A DNA stretch of 59,439 nt, taken from positions 1-59,439 of the IMG/VR virus record IMGVR_UViG_3300043037_000042; one strand, 5' to 3'. Under the pieces are notes generated by a model. It made no database searches. It was not told the origin of the DNA and worked only from the letters and a program-made list of their open reading frames with translations. Of the stretch, positions 36,762-45,543 are shown piece after piece. A program made the translations under genes and the position numbers. The DNA is from a virus (Duplodnaviria > Caudoviricetes). Numbering within the stretch: the stretch's first letter is position 1; every line of letters starts with the position of its first letter.

Positions 36762-37631
36762 CTATTTAATATTTTTAAATATGTGTGCTATTACATCTAC
36801 TGTCCAACCATCACCAACAGTTGAATATCTTTCTGTATCGCTTATCCCATATGTATAATTATCTGGTAAAGTTTGAAGTCTTTCGTATTCCAATGGAATT
36901 AACTTTCTACATTTTCCGTCTTGAAAAACTTTCTTTTGAAGATTTCCACCTCTGCAAGTTGTCAATGTATTACACTTTCCGTTGAGATTATAAACTTCTT
37001 TCATATGTCTATGACCTTTCATTTCAAGAGTACATTGAACCTTTTTATCATAACCATGAAATATAAAATCTTTGGAGTACCAGTATTTTTCAGGAATTTC
37101 ATCAGCGTTCAAAACAATGTCCTTTAACATTATTTTTTTATCTATAGGTTGTGTTACATTTGGAATATTAGTCCAATATAATCTTCTCCTGTCTGCAGCA
37201 CTAACCAAGTTAGAATTTATTTCTATTGGCTCAACTCCTAAAAAATTTGTTATTTCATTTTTCCATATATCTTGCATAGGAACATTCTCTAATAAAAAAT
37301 ATTCTGGTTTTAGTCGTTCCAAAGCATCTACGTAATAATAAAATAAACTGCTTTTTTTACCATTTAATCCCTTTACATCATTTCTATCGAATTTATATAC
37401 ACTTAAATCTTGGCAAGGGCTTCCTCCAATTAACAAATTTATATCTTTTAATGAGGATATATCTAATTTTGTGATATCACCTAATTGAATTGTGTTTTTA
37501 TAATTTTTTTGAGTGATACTTATAGCATATTTGTTAATTTCGCTTGCATAATACTTATCTACTTTAATCCCAGCTCTTTCAAGTGCTACTTGACCGCATG
37601 AAATGCCATCAAATAAACTTAATACATTCAT
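36762..37631 (-). CDS. DNA cytosine-C5 methyltransferase, orphan
   Basis: LSLFDG (motif I), GGSPCQ (IV), LLENV (VI), RRRLYW (VIII), YERLQTLPD (IX). Confidence 0.92.
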   Translation of the reverse strand: MNVLSLFDGISCGQVALERAGIKVDKYYASEINKYAISITQKNYKNTIQLGDITKLDISSLKDINLLIGGSPCQDLSVYKFDRNDVKGLNGKKSSLFYYYVDALERLKPEYFLLENVPMQDIWKNEITNFLGVEPIEINSNLVSAADRRRLYWTNIPNVTQPIDKKIMLKDIVLNADEIPEKYWYSKDFIFHGYDKKVQCTLEMKGHRHMKEVYNLNGKCNTLTTCRGGNLQKKVFQDGKCRKLIPLEYERLQTLPDNYTYGISDTERYSTVGDGWTVDVIAHIFKNIK

Positions 37632-37743
37632 CTACTTTTCCTCCTACTCTCGACCAAACAATAACCACCTAGCCAGAGTACGCAATTTATTAAAAATCCT
37701 TGAACTAGTAGGGTTATTGGCTGGCTGTGATTTAATAAAAAGT

Positions 37744-38085
37744 TCATATCTTTGCACCTTCCATATTTTCTATAGCAATCCGCATAAGTGCTATCAAATC
37801 TCCGTTTGTAAACTTTTCATCAATAATTATGCTTATACCATATCGCTCTTTGATTCTTTCTTCTAAGACGGGATATTCATTTAACAATGATTCTTTTGCA
37901 TGTCTGATTGCTCTTTCTACTCTGCTTGCTTTAGTATCGTGTTTTTCTGCTATCGCTGAATATACGTCCATCATCTTTGTGTTAGGCTTGTACAATTCGA
38001 TAGCTGTTGATATGTATTCAAAGCCTTTTGTTGATGGTTTAATGCCTATGTAGAGTAGTTCTTTTTGTATCTGTTGTTTGTTCAT
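37744..38085 (-). CDS. Stand-alone Spo0A C-terminal DNA-binding domain protein
   Basis: LLYIGIKPSTKGFEYI..AI, VYSAIAEKHDTKASRVERAIRHA (Spo0A recognition helix), FTNGDLIA; no receiver domain. Confidence 0.88.
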   Translation of the reverse strand: MNKQQIQKELLYIGIKPSTKGFEYISTAIELYKPNTKMMDVYSAIAEKHDTKASRVERAIRHAKESLLNEYPVLEERIKERYGISIIIDEKFTNGDLIALMRIAIENMEGAKI

Positions 38086-38094
38086 GGTTTCCTC

Positions 38095-38808
38095 CTAAAT
38101 ATTAATTTGATTATTACACTGTTTAATTTCGCAATTTAACGCAAAAGGTGTCTTATATTCACTAATCATTTTTAAAGCGATGTCGGTTTGATTTCTCTTG
38201 ATTGCTTTGTAACTTGTTACCGCAAATTCTCTTTTAAGTTGTCTATGTATGTCTGAATAAATTTTGCCTCTAATAGATTTATCATTGTACGCTTTAGCAT
38301 CTTTACCGCCTAAACACTCGACACCTTTTTTCTTTACTGAGTAAGTTATCTTGTCGCATTCGATACCTAGAATAGGCATGTCCAATTTAAAATCTTGTAG
38401 GTCTTTGTTTACTGCATCTACTTTGTTGTCAATTTCTTTTAAAGCTTCAAGTTGTAATTCCAGCAATTGTATAGGCGTTTTAGGTTCAAGTTGATATGTT
38501 CCTGTTTTTCTTATTGATGGTATGACTTCGTGAGTAATCCATCTTTTAAAATTCTTAGCCTCTTGTTTTCTGCTACCTAATACAAGTGAATACAAACCGT
38601 ATTCGTTTACAAAATTAGTTTCACCAGATAAGCCTCCTATGTTTAACATAGTCACCTCGTCAGCATCTAATCTTTGCATTGCTTGTGTTGTGTTTTTAAT
38701 ATCCAAAATGTCACATGTATCTTTTGCTGCGAACCATGGTTCTCCGTCTTTCTCAATTACTCTTATTTCTCCAAATTCTTTGTTGTTAAAAATCTTTAGT
38801 TCGTTCAT
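38095..38808 (-). CDS. Antirepressor (BRO-N + ORF6C)
   Basis: FGEIRV..GEPWF.AKD, FKRWITHEVIPSIRKTG; C-terminal REFAVTSYKAIKR. Confidence 0.88.
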   Translation of the reverse strand: MNELKIFNNKEFGEIRVIEKDGEPWFAAKDTCDILDIKNTTQAMQRLDADEVTMLNIGGLSGETNFVNEYGLYSLVLGSRKQEAKNFKRWITHEVIPSIRKTGTYQLEPKTPIQLLELQLEALKEIDNKVDAVNKDLQDFKLDMPILGIECDKITYSVKKKGVECLGGKDAKAYNDKSIRGKIYSDIHRQLKREFAVTSYKAIKRNQTDIALKMISEYKTPFALNCEIKQCNNQINI

Positions 38809-38833
38809 GTTTTTCTCCTTTGTTTTTTATTTT

Positions 38834-38862
38834 TTGACATATTTTTACTTTCGCTATATAAT
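38834..38862 (+). promoter_or_regulatory. Consensus SigA promoter
   Basis: TTGACA-17 bp-TATAAT. Confidence 0.8.
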
Positions 38863-38880
38863 TATAGTGGAGGTGATTAT

Positions 38881-39048
38881 ATGTCTGAATTTAGTACATT
38901 TCCTAAAGATAAAACATCTGCGTTGACAATGCTTTATCTAGAAAAACAAGATTTGTCCTATCTTTCTCCAGCTGAATTAGCTGAAAAATACGATGAAATC
39001 TATAAGGAAATATCAAATTATTATGAATCAATGCGTTACAAGTATTAG
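38881..39048 (+). CDS. 55-aa hypothetical protein, counter-oriented
   Basis: Not in the track. GGAGGTG RBS after the promoter; MSEFSTFPKDKTSALTMLYLEKQDLSYLSPAELAEKYDEIYKEI... Confidence 0.75.
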   Translation: MSEFSTFPKDKTSALTMLYLEKQDLSYLSPAELAEKYDEIYKEISNYYESMRYKY

Positions 39049-39200
39049 AATTGTCTAAAATGTTTTGATATTTCGGTCATAGCTTTTGTTAATTCAATTA
39101 AATCTTCAATGTTTTTTATTTTTTGAGAATACTCTGCTAAAAGTTCGAGCTGATGGTAGAGTATTTTATCTACTTCCTGTAAGTTGTTTTTTTCTTCCAT
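39045..39200 (-). CDS. 51-aa hypothetical protein
   Basis: AAGGAGG RBS; MEEKNNLQEVDKILYHQLELLAEYS... Confidence 0.6.
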   Translation of the reverse strand: MEEKNNLQEVDKILYHQLELLAEYSQKIKNIEDLIELTKAMTEISKHFRQF

Positions 39201-39316
39201 AATTTTTCCTCCTTAGTGGTATATTTTTATTTTTGTTACATACTATGTAGGTTAAGGGTTTGTCCTAGTTAAAGTGTTTTTATAAAGAGCCTAAGCTCTC
39301 TTTGTTATTTTACCCT

Positions 39317-39784
39317 CTTGTGTTTTTTTGTTACGTTTCGCAACTTTTTAATTAAAAATAAATTGTTTATCGGTGCAATAAATTTGTTTAATATGTAACG
39401 GTGCTTAGTTTTTCGCTCAATATGACGGTGTAATCGACATCTAACTCATTGCACAACTTAGCAATTTCATCAACTCTAAAATCTACTAAGCCATTGACTT
39501 TGTTAGAAAATGCGGACACTGATAAATCAGCCATTTTAGCAGCTTCCTCGTAGGTTACCTTTTTTTCAAAAAGTATAGTTTTAAGTTTCTTGTATTCTCC
39601 ATATTTGCTTTTTTTATTTTTCATTTTTCATTCTCCTTTTGTCATGTGTTTTTTTAGTTGCGTTTTGTAACTTGTCCTAAGTATAATACAAACTTTTTAT
39701 AATGTCAATATCTTTTTGTAACTTTTTTATATATTTTTCTTGAATAAAAGTTGCGTTATGTGGTATACTACAAAAAAACACAAG
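39317..39784. promoter_or_regulatory. Lysis/lysogeny switch: divergent promoters and operators
   Basis: Leftward TTGACA(39708-39703)-17-TATACT; rightward TTGAAT(39740)-18-TATACT; palindromic operators GTTACGTTTCGCAAC (39330-39344) and GTTGCGTTTTGTAAC (39657-39671), plus half-sites. Confidence 0.7.
39388..39624 (-). CDS. Cro-like XRE HTH regulator
   Basis: VTYEEAAKMADLSVSAFSNKVNG..F...EI; divergent from the repressor. Confidence 0.85.
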   Translation of the reverse strand: MKNKKSKYGEYKKLKTILFEKKVTYEEAAKMADLSVSAFSNKVNGLVDFRVDEIAKLCNELDVDYTVILSEKLSTVTY

Positions 39785-39796
39785 GAGGTAATAAAA

Positions 39797-40429
39797 TTGA
39801 AACTAAATGCTGAAAAAATAAAAGAGCATTTTGGTAAAAGGTTAAAGGGACTAAGAATAGGGGACGAATTAACACAAGATGACGTTGCTAAAATACTGGG
39901 TACAACTAAAGCAACTATTTCGAGATATGAAAGTGGTAAGCACTCACCAGGTGTTAGTGAGATTGTAATGTTAGCGAATTATTTTAAAGTGAATCCATAT
40001 TGGTTGGCTGGTCTTGACAACATAAGGAATATAGAAAACAACACAGGATATAAAAAGATACCGGTTGTAGGAGAAATAGCATGTGGAACGCCATTACTGG
40101 CATATGAAAATATTTATAGTCACGAATATGTTGATATCAATGAAAATGTTGATTTTGCTCTAATTGCTAAAGGTGACAGCATGATTAATGTTAGAATTTT
40201 TGACGGAGATCTTGTTTTTATAAAGCAACAATCAGATATTGAAGATGGAGAAATAGCCGCTGTGCTTATAGAAGATGAGGCTACACTCAAAAGAGTTTAT
40301 AAACTAAATGGCGATATATTATTAAAAGCCGAAAATCCAGTTTTTAAAGATATTAGAATCACAGCTAAAGATAAAAAGAATGTTCAAATTTTAGGTAAAG
40401 CCATATATTTTAAATCAAATCTGAGGTGA
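39797..40429 (+). CDS. CI-like repressor (XRE HTH + S24 peptidase)
   Basis: HTH LTQDDVAKILG.TKATISRYESG; IACG cleavage site; GDSM (Ser) and ATLKR (Lys); TTG start after AAGGAGG. Confidence 0.92.
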   Translation: MKLNAEKIKEHFGKRLKGLRIGDELTQDDVAKILGTTKATISRYESGKHSPGVSEIVMLANYFKVNPYWLAGLDNIRNIENNTGYKKIPVVGEIACGTPLLAYENIYSHEYVDINENVDFALIAKGDSMINVRIFDGDLVFIKQQSDIEDGEIAAVLIEDEATLKRVYKLNGDILLKAENPVFKDIRITAKDKKNVQILGKAIYFKSNLR

Positions 40430-40433
40430 CGCC

Positions 40434-41483
40434 ATGGCAAGCATACGAAAGATGAAAAACGGTAAATTTCAAGCTACCATTTATATTGGAAGAGATTCCG
40501 ACGGAAAGCAAATTAGAAAATATATAACCGCTGACACCGAGAAAGAATGCAAAAGCAAAGCAAGAGCATTAGAAACAGAAACAGAAGAGGGAAAATTTGT
40601 TAATATAAGCAATATAAAAGTAGGTAAATGGTTAGATGAATGGTTAGAGTTGAATAAAAATACTCTAGCTTCATCAACATACGTTCTTTATAAGGGATAT
40701 ATTAAAAATCATTATAAGCCATCATTAGGAAATTTGAAGTTGTCACAACTTAACGAAATACACATCAGAAAATTTGTTAATGAGAAATTAGAAACACAGG
40801 CACAAAACACAGTGAGAAAACTTATATTTGTATTGCGTAAGGCATTAAATGACGGTATGAAAGACAAAAACCCTGCTAAAGATATCGAAATACCATCTAA
40901 ACAAAAAACTCGTTTTAGGCTTGTTACAGAAGCTGAATTTAGTATTATACATGAAGAAGCTAAAAAAACTATATTTGACGAGTGCATTATTTTACTTGCA
41001 GCTTGGGGCGGACTTAGACGGGGTGAAATATTTGCATTAAAACCAGATGATGTTTTTGTAAAAGACAATATTATTAGAGTTGATGAAGCAAGGTCGATTT
41101 CCGACGAGGGTTACAAGGACAAGCGCCCAAAAAGCGAAAATGGTTTTAGAGATGTTACCATTCCAAAATATTTAATGGACTTAATTGTTGTATACCGAAA
41201 AGAGCAAGGGAAAATAACAGATAGATTATTTAATATGCGACCAGATAGATATAGCCACAGATTCAAAGAGTTAATCGACCGCACAACTCTGTGCGGTGAG
41301 AATATAGTTTTTCACGATTTAAGGCATTATCATGCATCATGGCTTTATAAAAATGGAATGCCCGATTTATACTCTGCTGAAAGATTAGGTCACGATATTA
41401 ACACATTGAAACAAATCTACCAACACATGGACAAAAATATTAAATTAGAAAATGATAAGAAAATAATAGATATGATGAATTAA
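40434..41483 (+). CDS. Phage integrase (tyrosine recombinase with arm-binding N-terminus)
   Basis: GGLRRGE, HDLRH, LGH, QIY; adjacent to attP. Confidence 0.95.
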   Translation: MASIRKMKNGKFQATIYIGRDSDGKQIRKYITADTEKECKSKARALETETEEGKFVNISNIKVGKWLDEWLELNKNTLASSTYVLYKGYIKNHYKPSLGNLKLSQLNEIHIRKFVNEKLETQAQNTVRKLIFVLRKALNDGMKDKNPAKDIEIPSKQKTRFRLVTEAEFSIIHEEAKKTIFDECIILLAAWGGLRRGEIFALKPDDVFVKDNIIRVDEARSISDEGYKDKRPKSENGFRDVTIPKYLMDLIVVYRKEQGKITDRLFNMRPDRYSHRFKELIDRTTLCGENIVFHDLRHYHASWLYKNGMPDLYSAERLGHDINTLKQIYQHMDKNIKLENDKKIIDMMN

Positions 41484-41489
41484 AAATTT

Positions 41490-41770
41490 TGTGCGTTTTT
41501 TGTTCGGTTTTTGTATTAAAAAAGCACCTACCGAAAATCGATAAGTGCTTCGTCTTGGTGCGGATGACAGGAGTCGAACCTGCACGCGTAAGCGCTAGAT
41601 CCTAAGTCTAGTGCTTTACGTTACGCAACTAAATTGATGATTATTGAAATTCAAATACATTGAAATTATATACAATAGTTACGTTGTTCATCATCTTATA
41701 GATAACTAATTTTTAATTATGTGCGTTAAATATCTTTTGTGCGGTTTTTTGTGCGGTATGTGCGGTAAAT
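41490..41770. other. attP: core is the 3' 59 nt of tRNA-Leu(TAG) (41556-41614, minus strand), flanked by arm-type repeats
   Basis: GCACTAGA-CTTAGGA-TCTAG...GCAGG-TTCGACT-CCTGT-CATCCGC-ACCA with no D-arm or 5' acceptor strand; TGTGCG(G)TT repeats on both sides (41490, 41501, 41720, 41738-41767). Confidence 0.88.
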
Positions 41771-41793
41771 CTTTATGATAAAAGAGCTGTCGA

Positions 41794-42309
41794 TTATAGC
41801 AGTTCTTTTATACTTTTAGATATTATGTCAATCCTGTTGCTACTAACATCTGAATTGCTAAAAATTAATAGTTTTTTAAATCTTCCATTATCCTCGTACT
41901 TTTTAATTTTTCTAGCGATATTGTTATTTGACAATTCAACTTCTACAGCAAGAGTTCCTTTTTTACCATCTTTTTCAATCTGTAACACCATATCTGGTAT
42001 AAGTTTATCATAATCCTTTTGTACTTCAAAATCATGTATTTTATATCCGTTCTGATAGATCCATAAGTACGTTCTAGCTATATAATCAAGATGTAGCTTT
42101 TGTTTAGGTTCTCTCTTAGTAAAGTAAAAATATTTGTCATTGGCCCCATGTCTGGACCTTCTCAAGTATAAATAATCATGTAGAAAAGTTAATCTTCTGT
42201 TTGTTACTCTCTGGCTTGTGTTAGAAAAGAATATTTTTTGAATAGTATCGGAATAACAAGGCAGCTTACTAACAAACTCTACAACCTTATAATCCCTATC
42301 TGTAATCAA
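41794..42309 (-). CDS. Replication-relaxation (Replic_Relax)-like protein
   Basis: ITDRD wHTH start, RRL..L, H..YI, IPD...AVEVELS nuclease-like core; overlaps the FtsK stop. Confidence 0.75.
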   Translation of the reverse strand: MITDRDYKVVEFVSKLPCYSDTIQKIFFSNTSQRVTNRRLTFLHDYLYLRRSRHGANDKYFYFTKREPKQKLHLDYIARTYLWIYQNGYKIHDFEVQKDYDKLIPDMVLQIEKDGKKGTLAVEVELSNNNIARKIKKYEDNGRFKKLLIFSNSDVSSNRIDIISKSIKELL

Positions 42310-43121
42310 ATCAAGCTCACTTCCTTTAATTTAGTATGTTCAATCCTTTTGATGTTTTGTTGAGGGATCATATTGCCCATATAACATTTCATAAATATCA
42401 TCTTTTTAATTTCTCTATCTTCTAGGAAGTAACTTTTAAATTCTACATCTTGATTGTCATTTGTCAATATAGCTTCACCTTTACCATGTAGATTATTAAC
42501 AGCTCTGTAATCACCCTTATCAAGTAATATTTCGCTGTTGTATGTATTTCTAACCTTAAATGCTATCGTATGATTTAGGTTAGCTTTAAGCTTTGTATTT
42601 AAATTTTCGTGGCATGGTCTTTGTATGCTGAGTATAATTTTTATATTGACAGCTCTAGCCTGTGCTAAGATTATATTTAATTCTTTATTAAACTTCTTGT
42701 CATCACTTAACATGGTATATTCTTCAATTAATACAACTATAGGCTTCATAGTATTTTTAAACCTCTTGTTGTAGTCTTTGAAGTCTTTGCAATTAGTTCT
42801 ATCTAGTTCTTGGAATCTATCAATCATTAATGTTCTTATTTTATTAATCTCAATTTCAGCATCTTCAATATTCTTAATAAAAGCAGTAAGATATTTGTAG
42901 TTTCTGAATACATTGTAATCCCCGCCCATTTTCATATCAATTATTTTTAACTCTACATCTTGTAAGCACATGGCCGTCAATAAACACTTAATACATGATG
43001 TTTTACCGCTGCCCGTGATTCCTCCGACCAAGATGTGTGGTTGACTTTCTAAATCAATATATACAATTTTGCTTCCCTCTGCGGTAATTGTAACTCCTAA
43101 TGGAAATATCATTTTATTCAT
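42306..43121 (-). CDS. FtsK/SpoIIIE-family ATPase domain
   Basis: PHILVGGITGSGKT, IIDMK, VLIEEY, ARAVNI..LSIQRP, GKGEA; own GGAGG RBS. Confidence 0.92.
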   Translation of the reverse strand: MNKMIFPLGVTITAEGSKIVYIDLESQPHILVGGITGSGKTSCIKCLLTAMCLQDVELKIIDMKMGGDYNVFRNYKYLTAFIKNIEDAEIEINKIRTLMIDRFQELDRTNCKDFKDYNKRFKNTMKPIVVLIEEYTMLSDDKKFNKELNIILAQARAVNIKIILSIQRPCHENLNTKLKANLNHTIAFKVRNTYNSEILLDKGDYRAVNNLHGKGEAILTNDNQDVEFKSYFLEDREIKKMIFMKCYMGNMIPQQNIKRIEHTKLKEVSLI

Positions 43122-43131
43122 AATTATCCTC

Positions 43132-43551
43132 CTAATAATTTGGCTTGTAGACGTTTTTATACTCAACGTCGAATATTTGTATCAAAAGATTGTAATTGCT
43201 CGTTAATTCTAATTTAATAGGCTTCTTGATGATTGTTTCTAGTTCTTCTTGACACTTGACAAAATCTTTTAAGCATAAGCTTTCTGGTATGCTGAAAATA
43301 TATCTATCTCCTAATTCATTACAAGATTTTTTTAACAATTTAGGTGTTTTTTTCTCTGAATTGTACAAACCTAAATTTACAAACATCATTTTCCATTTAT
43401 CCCTTTTAAAATCACTAACTATCATTCCACCGCTCAACAAAGATAAAGCTATACTACATATCTTTATACCAGGAACAAAACTACCGAACACAAATAAAAA
43501 TATACAACCTATCAAACAATAAATATCTTTCATGAAATTCTTAGTATTCAT
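43132..43551 (-). CDS. Membrane protein, probably the N-terminal (TM + alpha-domain) half of FtsK
   Basis: Two N-terminal TM helices; YIFSIPESLCLKDF..L-like alpha-domain segment; directly upstream of the ATPase. Confidence 0.6.
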   Translation of the reverse strand: MNTKNFMKDIYCLIGCIFLFVFGSFVPGIKICSIALSLLSGGMIVSDFKRDKWKMMFVNLGLYNSEKKTPKLLKKSCNELGDRYIFSIPESLCLKDFVKCQEELETIIKKPIKLELTSNYNLLIQIFDVEYKNVYKPNY

Positions 43552-43910
43552 ATTAATTAATATTAACCTCCTATACTTTCAACTGTACTAACACCTATAC
43601 TAATGCATAAGTACACCAATATACAGTAATACAAGTGTATGGACAAACTTATTCATAGCCTTGTAAGAACGAATGTAGCGAAGCGGAGTTCTGTTCTGTG
43701 CCGAATTTTTTCAGATGATATTTTTCCTTATTTTTCTAATTTCGTCTTTGTCATTTGTGCCATAAACCCAGTCATTAAATTCCTCTTTAGTAATAGTTCC
43801 TTCCTTGATTTCATTCCTTAGATTCCTCATACCTTTTTTATTAGCTTTATGCATACCTTTGTAACAAGCTTTCTCAAACATTTTATATGCTTTACCCATG
43901 GTATCACCTA

Positions 43911-44036
43911 CTATTTTATAATTTCTATCAAGCATATTACAATAATCATTACAACCAAGATTCTATTTATTATCACATTAGTTCTATAAAATTTATCTTC
44001 AAATTTATTGTTATCGAATTCATCGTGGTAACTCAT
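43911..44036 (-). CDS. 41-aa membrane peptide
   Basis: GGAGG RBS; C-terminal ILVVMIIVICLIEII. Confidence 0.45.
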   Translation of the reverse strand: MSYHDEFDNNKFEDKFYRTNVIINRILVVMIIVICLIEIIK

Positions 44037-44104
44037 TCTTTGTTTTCCTCCCTTCTTGCAATTCTTCAATTTTATTTTTTAATAATTCTTTCATAATACT
44101 CTCC

Positions 44105-44362
44105 TTATACTTCTACTAATCTAAAAACAATATCTTCGCCATCTTCAAAAATTTGTATAGTAAAATTTCCGTCATCTGCTTTTAAAAGTATTCCAAATGG
44201 TTTGGTGTATTTAAAGCCAATGATTTCTGGAATTCTTCTATGTGTAAATTCATAATAAATATAGGCATTTTCTTTATTAATCTTGTTGTGTTCACGATAC
44301 AAGAAAAGCAAGGTTTCTTCCTGTTCCTTGGCAATTTTATTAAATAATTCTACTTTATTCAT
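44105..44362 (-). CDS. Hypothetical protein
   Basis: GGAGGGG RBS. Confidence 0.6.
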   Translation of the reverse strand: MNKVELFNKIAKEQEETLLFLYREHNKINKENAYIYYEFTHRRIPEIIGFKYTKPFGILLKADDGNFTIQIFEDGEDIVFRLVEV

Positions 44363-44385
44363 AATACCCCTCCATAAAATTCTAT

Positions 44386-44574
44386 TTATAAAACAATCTG
44401 ATAATTTTCTTCTTCTATCATTTTTGTCAAATGTTCAATCTGTATATTAAGTAATGTAATTTCAATATAAACCTCCCTGTAAAGTTGAATATCATTCATA
44501 ATGATACGTTTATTTTCAAGTGTTTTCTTATCCTTTTCTAGTTTTGCAATTTTCCTTTCAATCAATTCTTTCAT
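44386..44574 (-). CDS. Hypothetical coiled-coil protein
   Basis: AGGAGG RBS. Confidence 0.6.
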   Translation of the reverse strand: MKELIERKIAKLEKDKKTLENKRIIMNDIQLYREVYIEITLLNIQIEHLTKMIEEENYQIVL

Positions 44575-44584
44575 AAATTCCCTC

Positions 44585-45451
44585 CTATATATTTAACGGA
44601 TTGCTATTTATAGCATTTCTTAATTGTTTACTATCAATGTGAGTATAAATTTGTGTTGTAGCAACGCTTTCGTGACCTAGTATTTCCTGTAATGCTCTTA
44701 TATCTACATTGCCATACTGATACATTAACGTGGCTGCTGTATGTCTTAACTTATGCGGTGAATATCCTTTACCAGATAAATTGACTTTATTTAAATATTT
44801 TTCTAACATGTGCTGAATTCCCTTTTGTGAAAATCTGCTATTTCTATTGCTTAAAAACAATGCATTTTCATTGCTATTTCTTGTTTTTAAATATTCATCA
44901 ATGGCTTTTTTACAAACTTTATTCAAATAAATCGTTCTTTCTTTATTACCTTTTCCTACTACTGTCAATGTATCGTCGTTAAAATTTGCAATATCAATAC
45001 TTGTTAATTCCGATAGTCTTAAACCGCAATTTAAAAACAATATAACAATAGCATAATCTCGTTTATTATTTATAGAAGAAAGTAATTTTTTAGATTCCTC
45101 TAACGATAAGTGAATAGGTAATCTTTTTTCAATCTTTGGTATTTCTAAGTCAATAGTAGGGTTATTGGAAATGACTTTTATAGTACTGTGTAGGTATTTA
45201 AAGTACGATTTTAAACAAGCTATCTTTCTTGCCTTAGTTTTATTTGAATTGTCTCTGACGTTGCCTAGATAAGCTATAAATGCGTGTAAATCAGATATGT
45301 TTATTTTGTTGAGTATGTCAATATCTATTTCCTTTGAGTATCTCTCTTTTAAAAATTCATAGAATATATTTAAATCTAACCTATATTCATTTATTGTTTT
45401 TTGTGATTTTCCTTTAACTGATAGTAAGTAATCTAAATAATTTTCAACCAT
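44585..45451 (-). CDS. Tyrosine recombinase, XerC-like
   Basis: NCGLRLSE, GKGNK, SPHKLRHTAAT, LGH, TTQIYTH; likely start MVENY after GGAG. Confidence 0.93.
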   Translation of the reverse strand: MVENYLDYLLSVKGKSQKTINEYRLDLNIFYEFLKERYSKEIDIDILNKINISDLHAFIAYLGNVRDNSNKTKARKIACLKSYFKYLHSTIKVISNNPTIDLEIPKIEKRLPIHLSLEESKKLLSSINNKRDYAIVILFLNCGLRLSELTSIDIANFNDDTLTVVGKGNKERTIYLNKVCKKAIDEYLKTRNSNENALFLSNRNSRFSQKGIQHMLEKYLNKVNLSGKGYSPHKLRHTAATLMYQYGNVDIRALQEILGHESVATTQIYTHIDSKQLRNAINSNPLNI

Positions 45452-45543
45452 TTTAACATCTCCATAAAATTTTATTTGGCTTACAAAATGCGACAAGCTA
45501 TTTAACGATTATTTGGTAACATAATAAAAACACTCTTGTGTTT

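Noticed and set aside
41556-41614. Functional tRNA-Leu gene
   Set aside because: Lacks the 5' acceptor strand and D-arm; it is the attP core.
44020-44094. 24-aa ORF MKELLKNKIEELQEGRK...
   Set aside because: Resembles the start of 44386-44574; likely a duplication remnant, too short to call.
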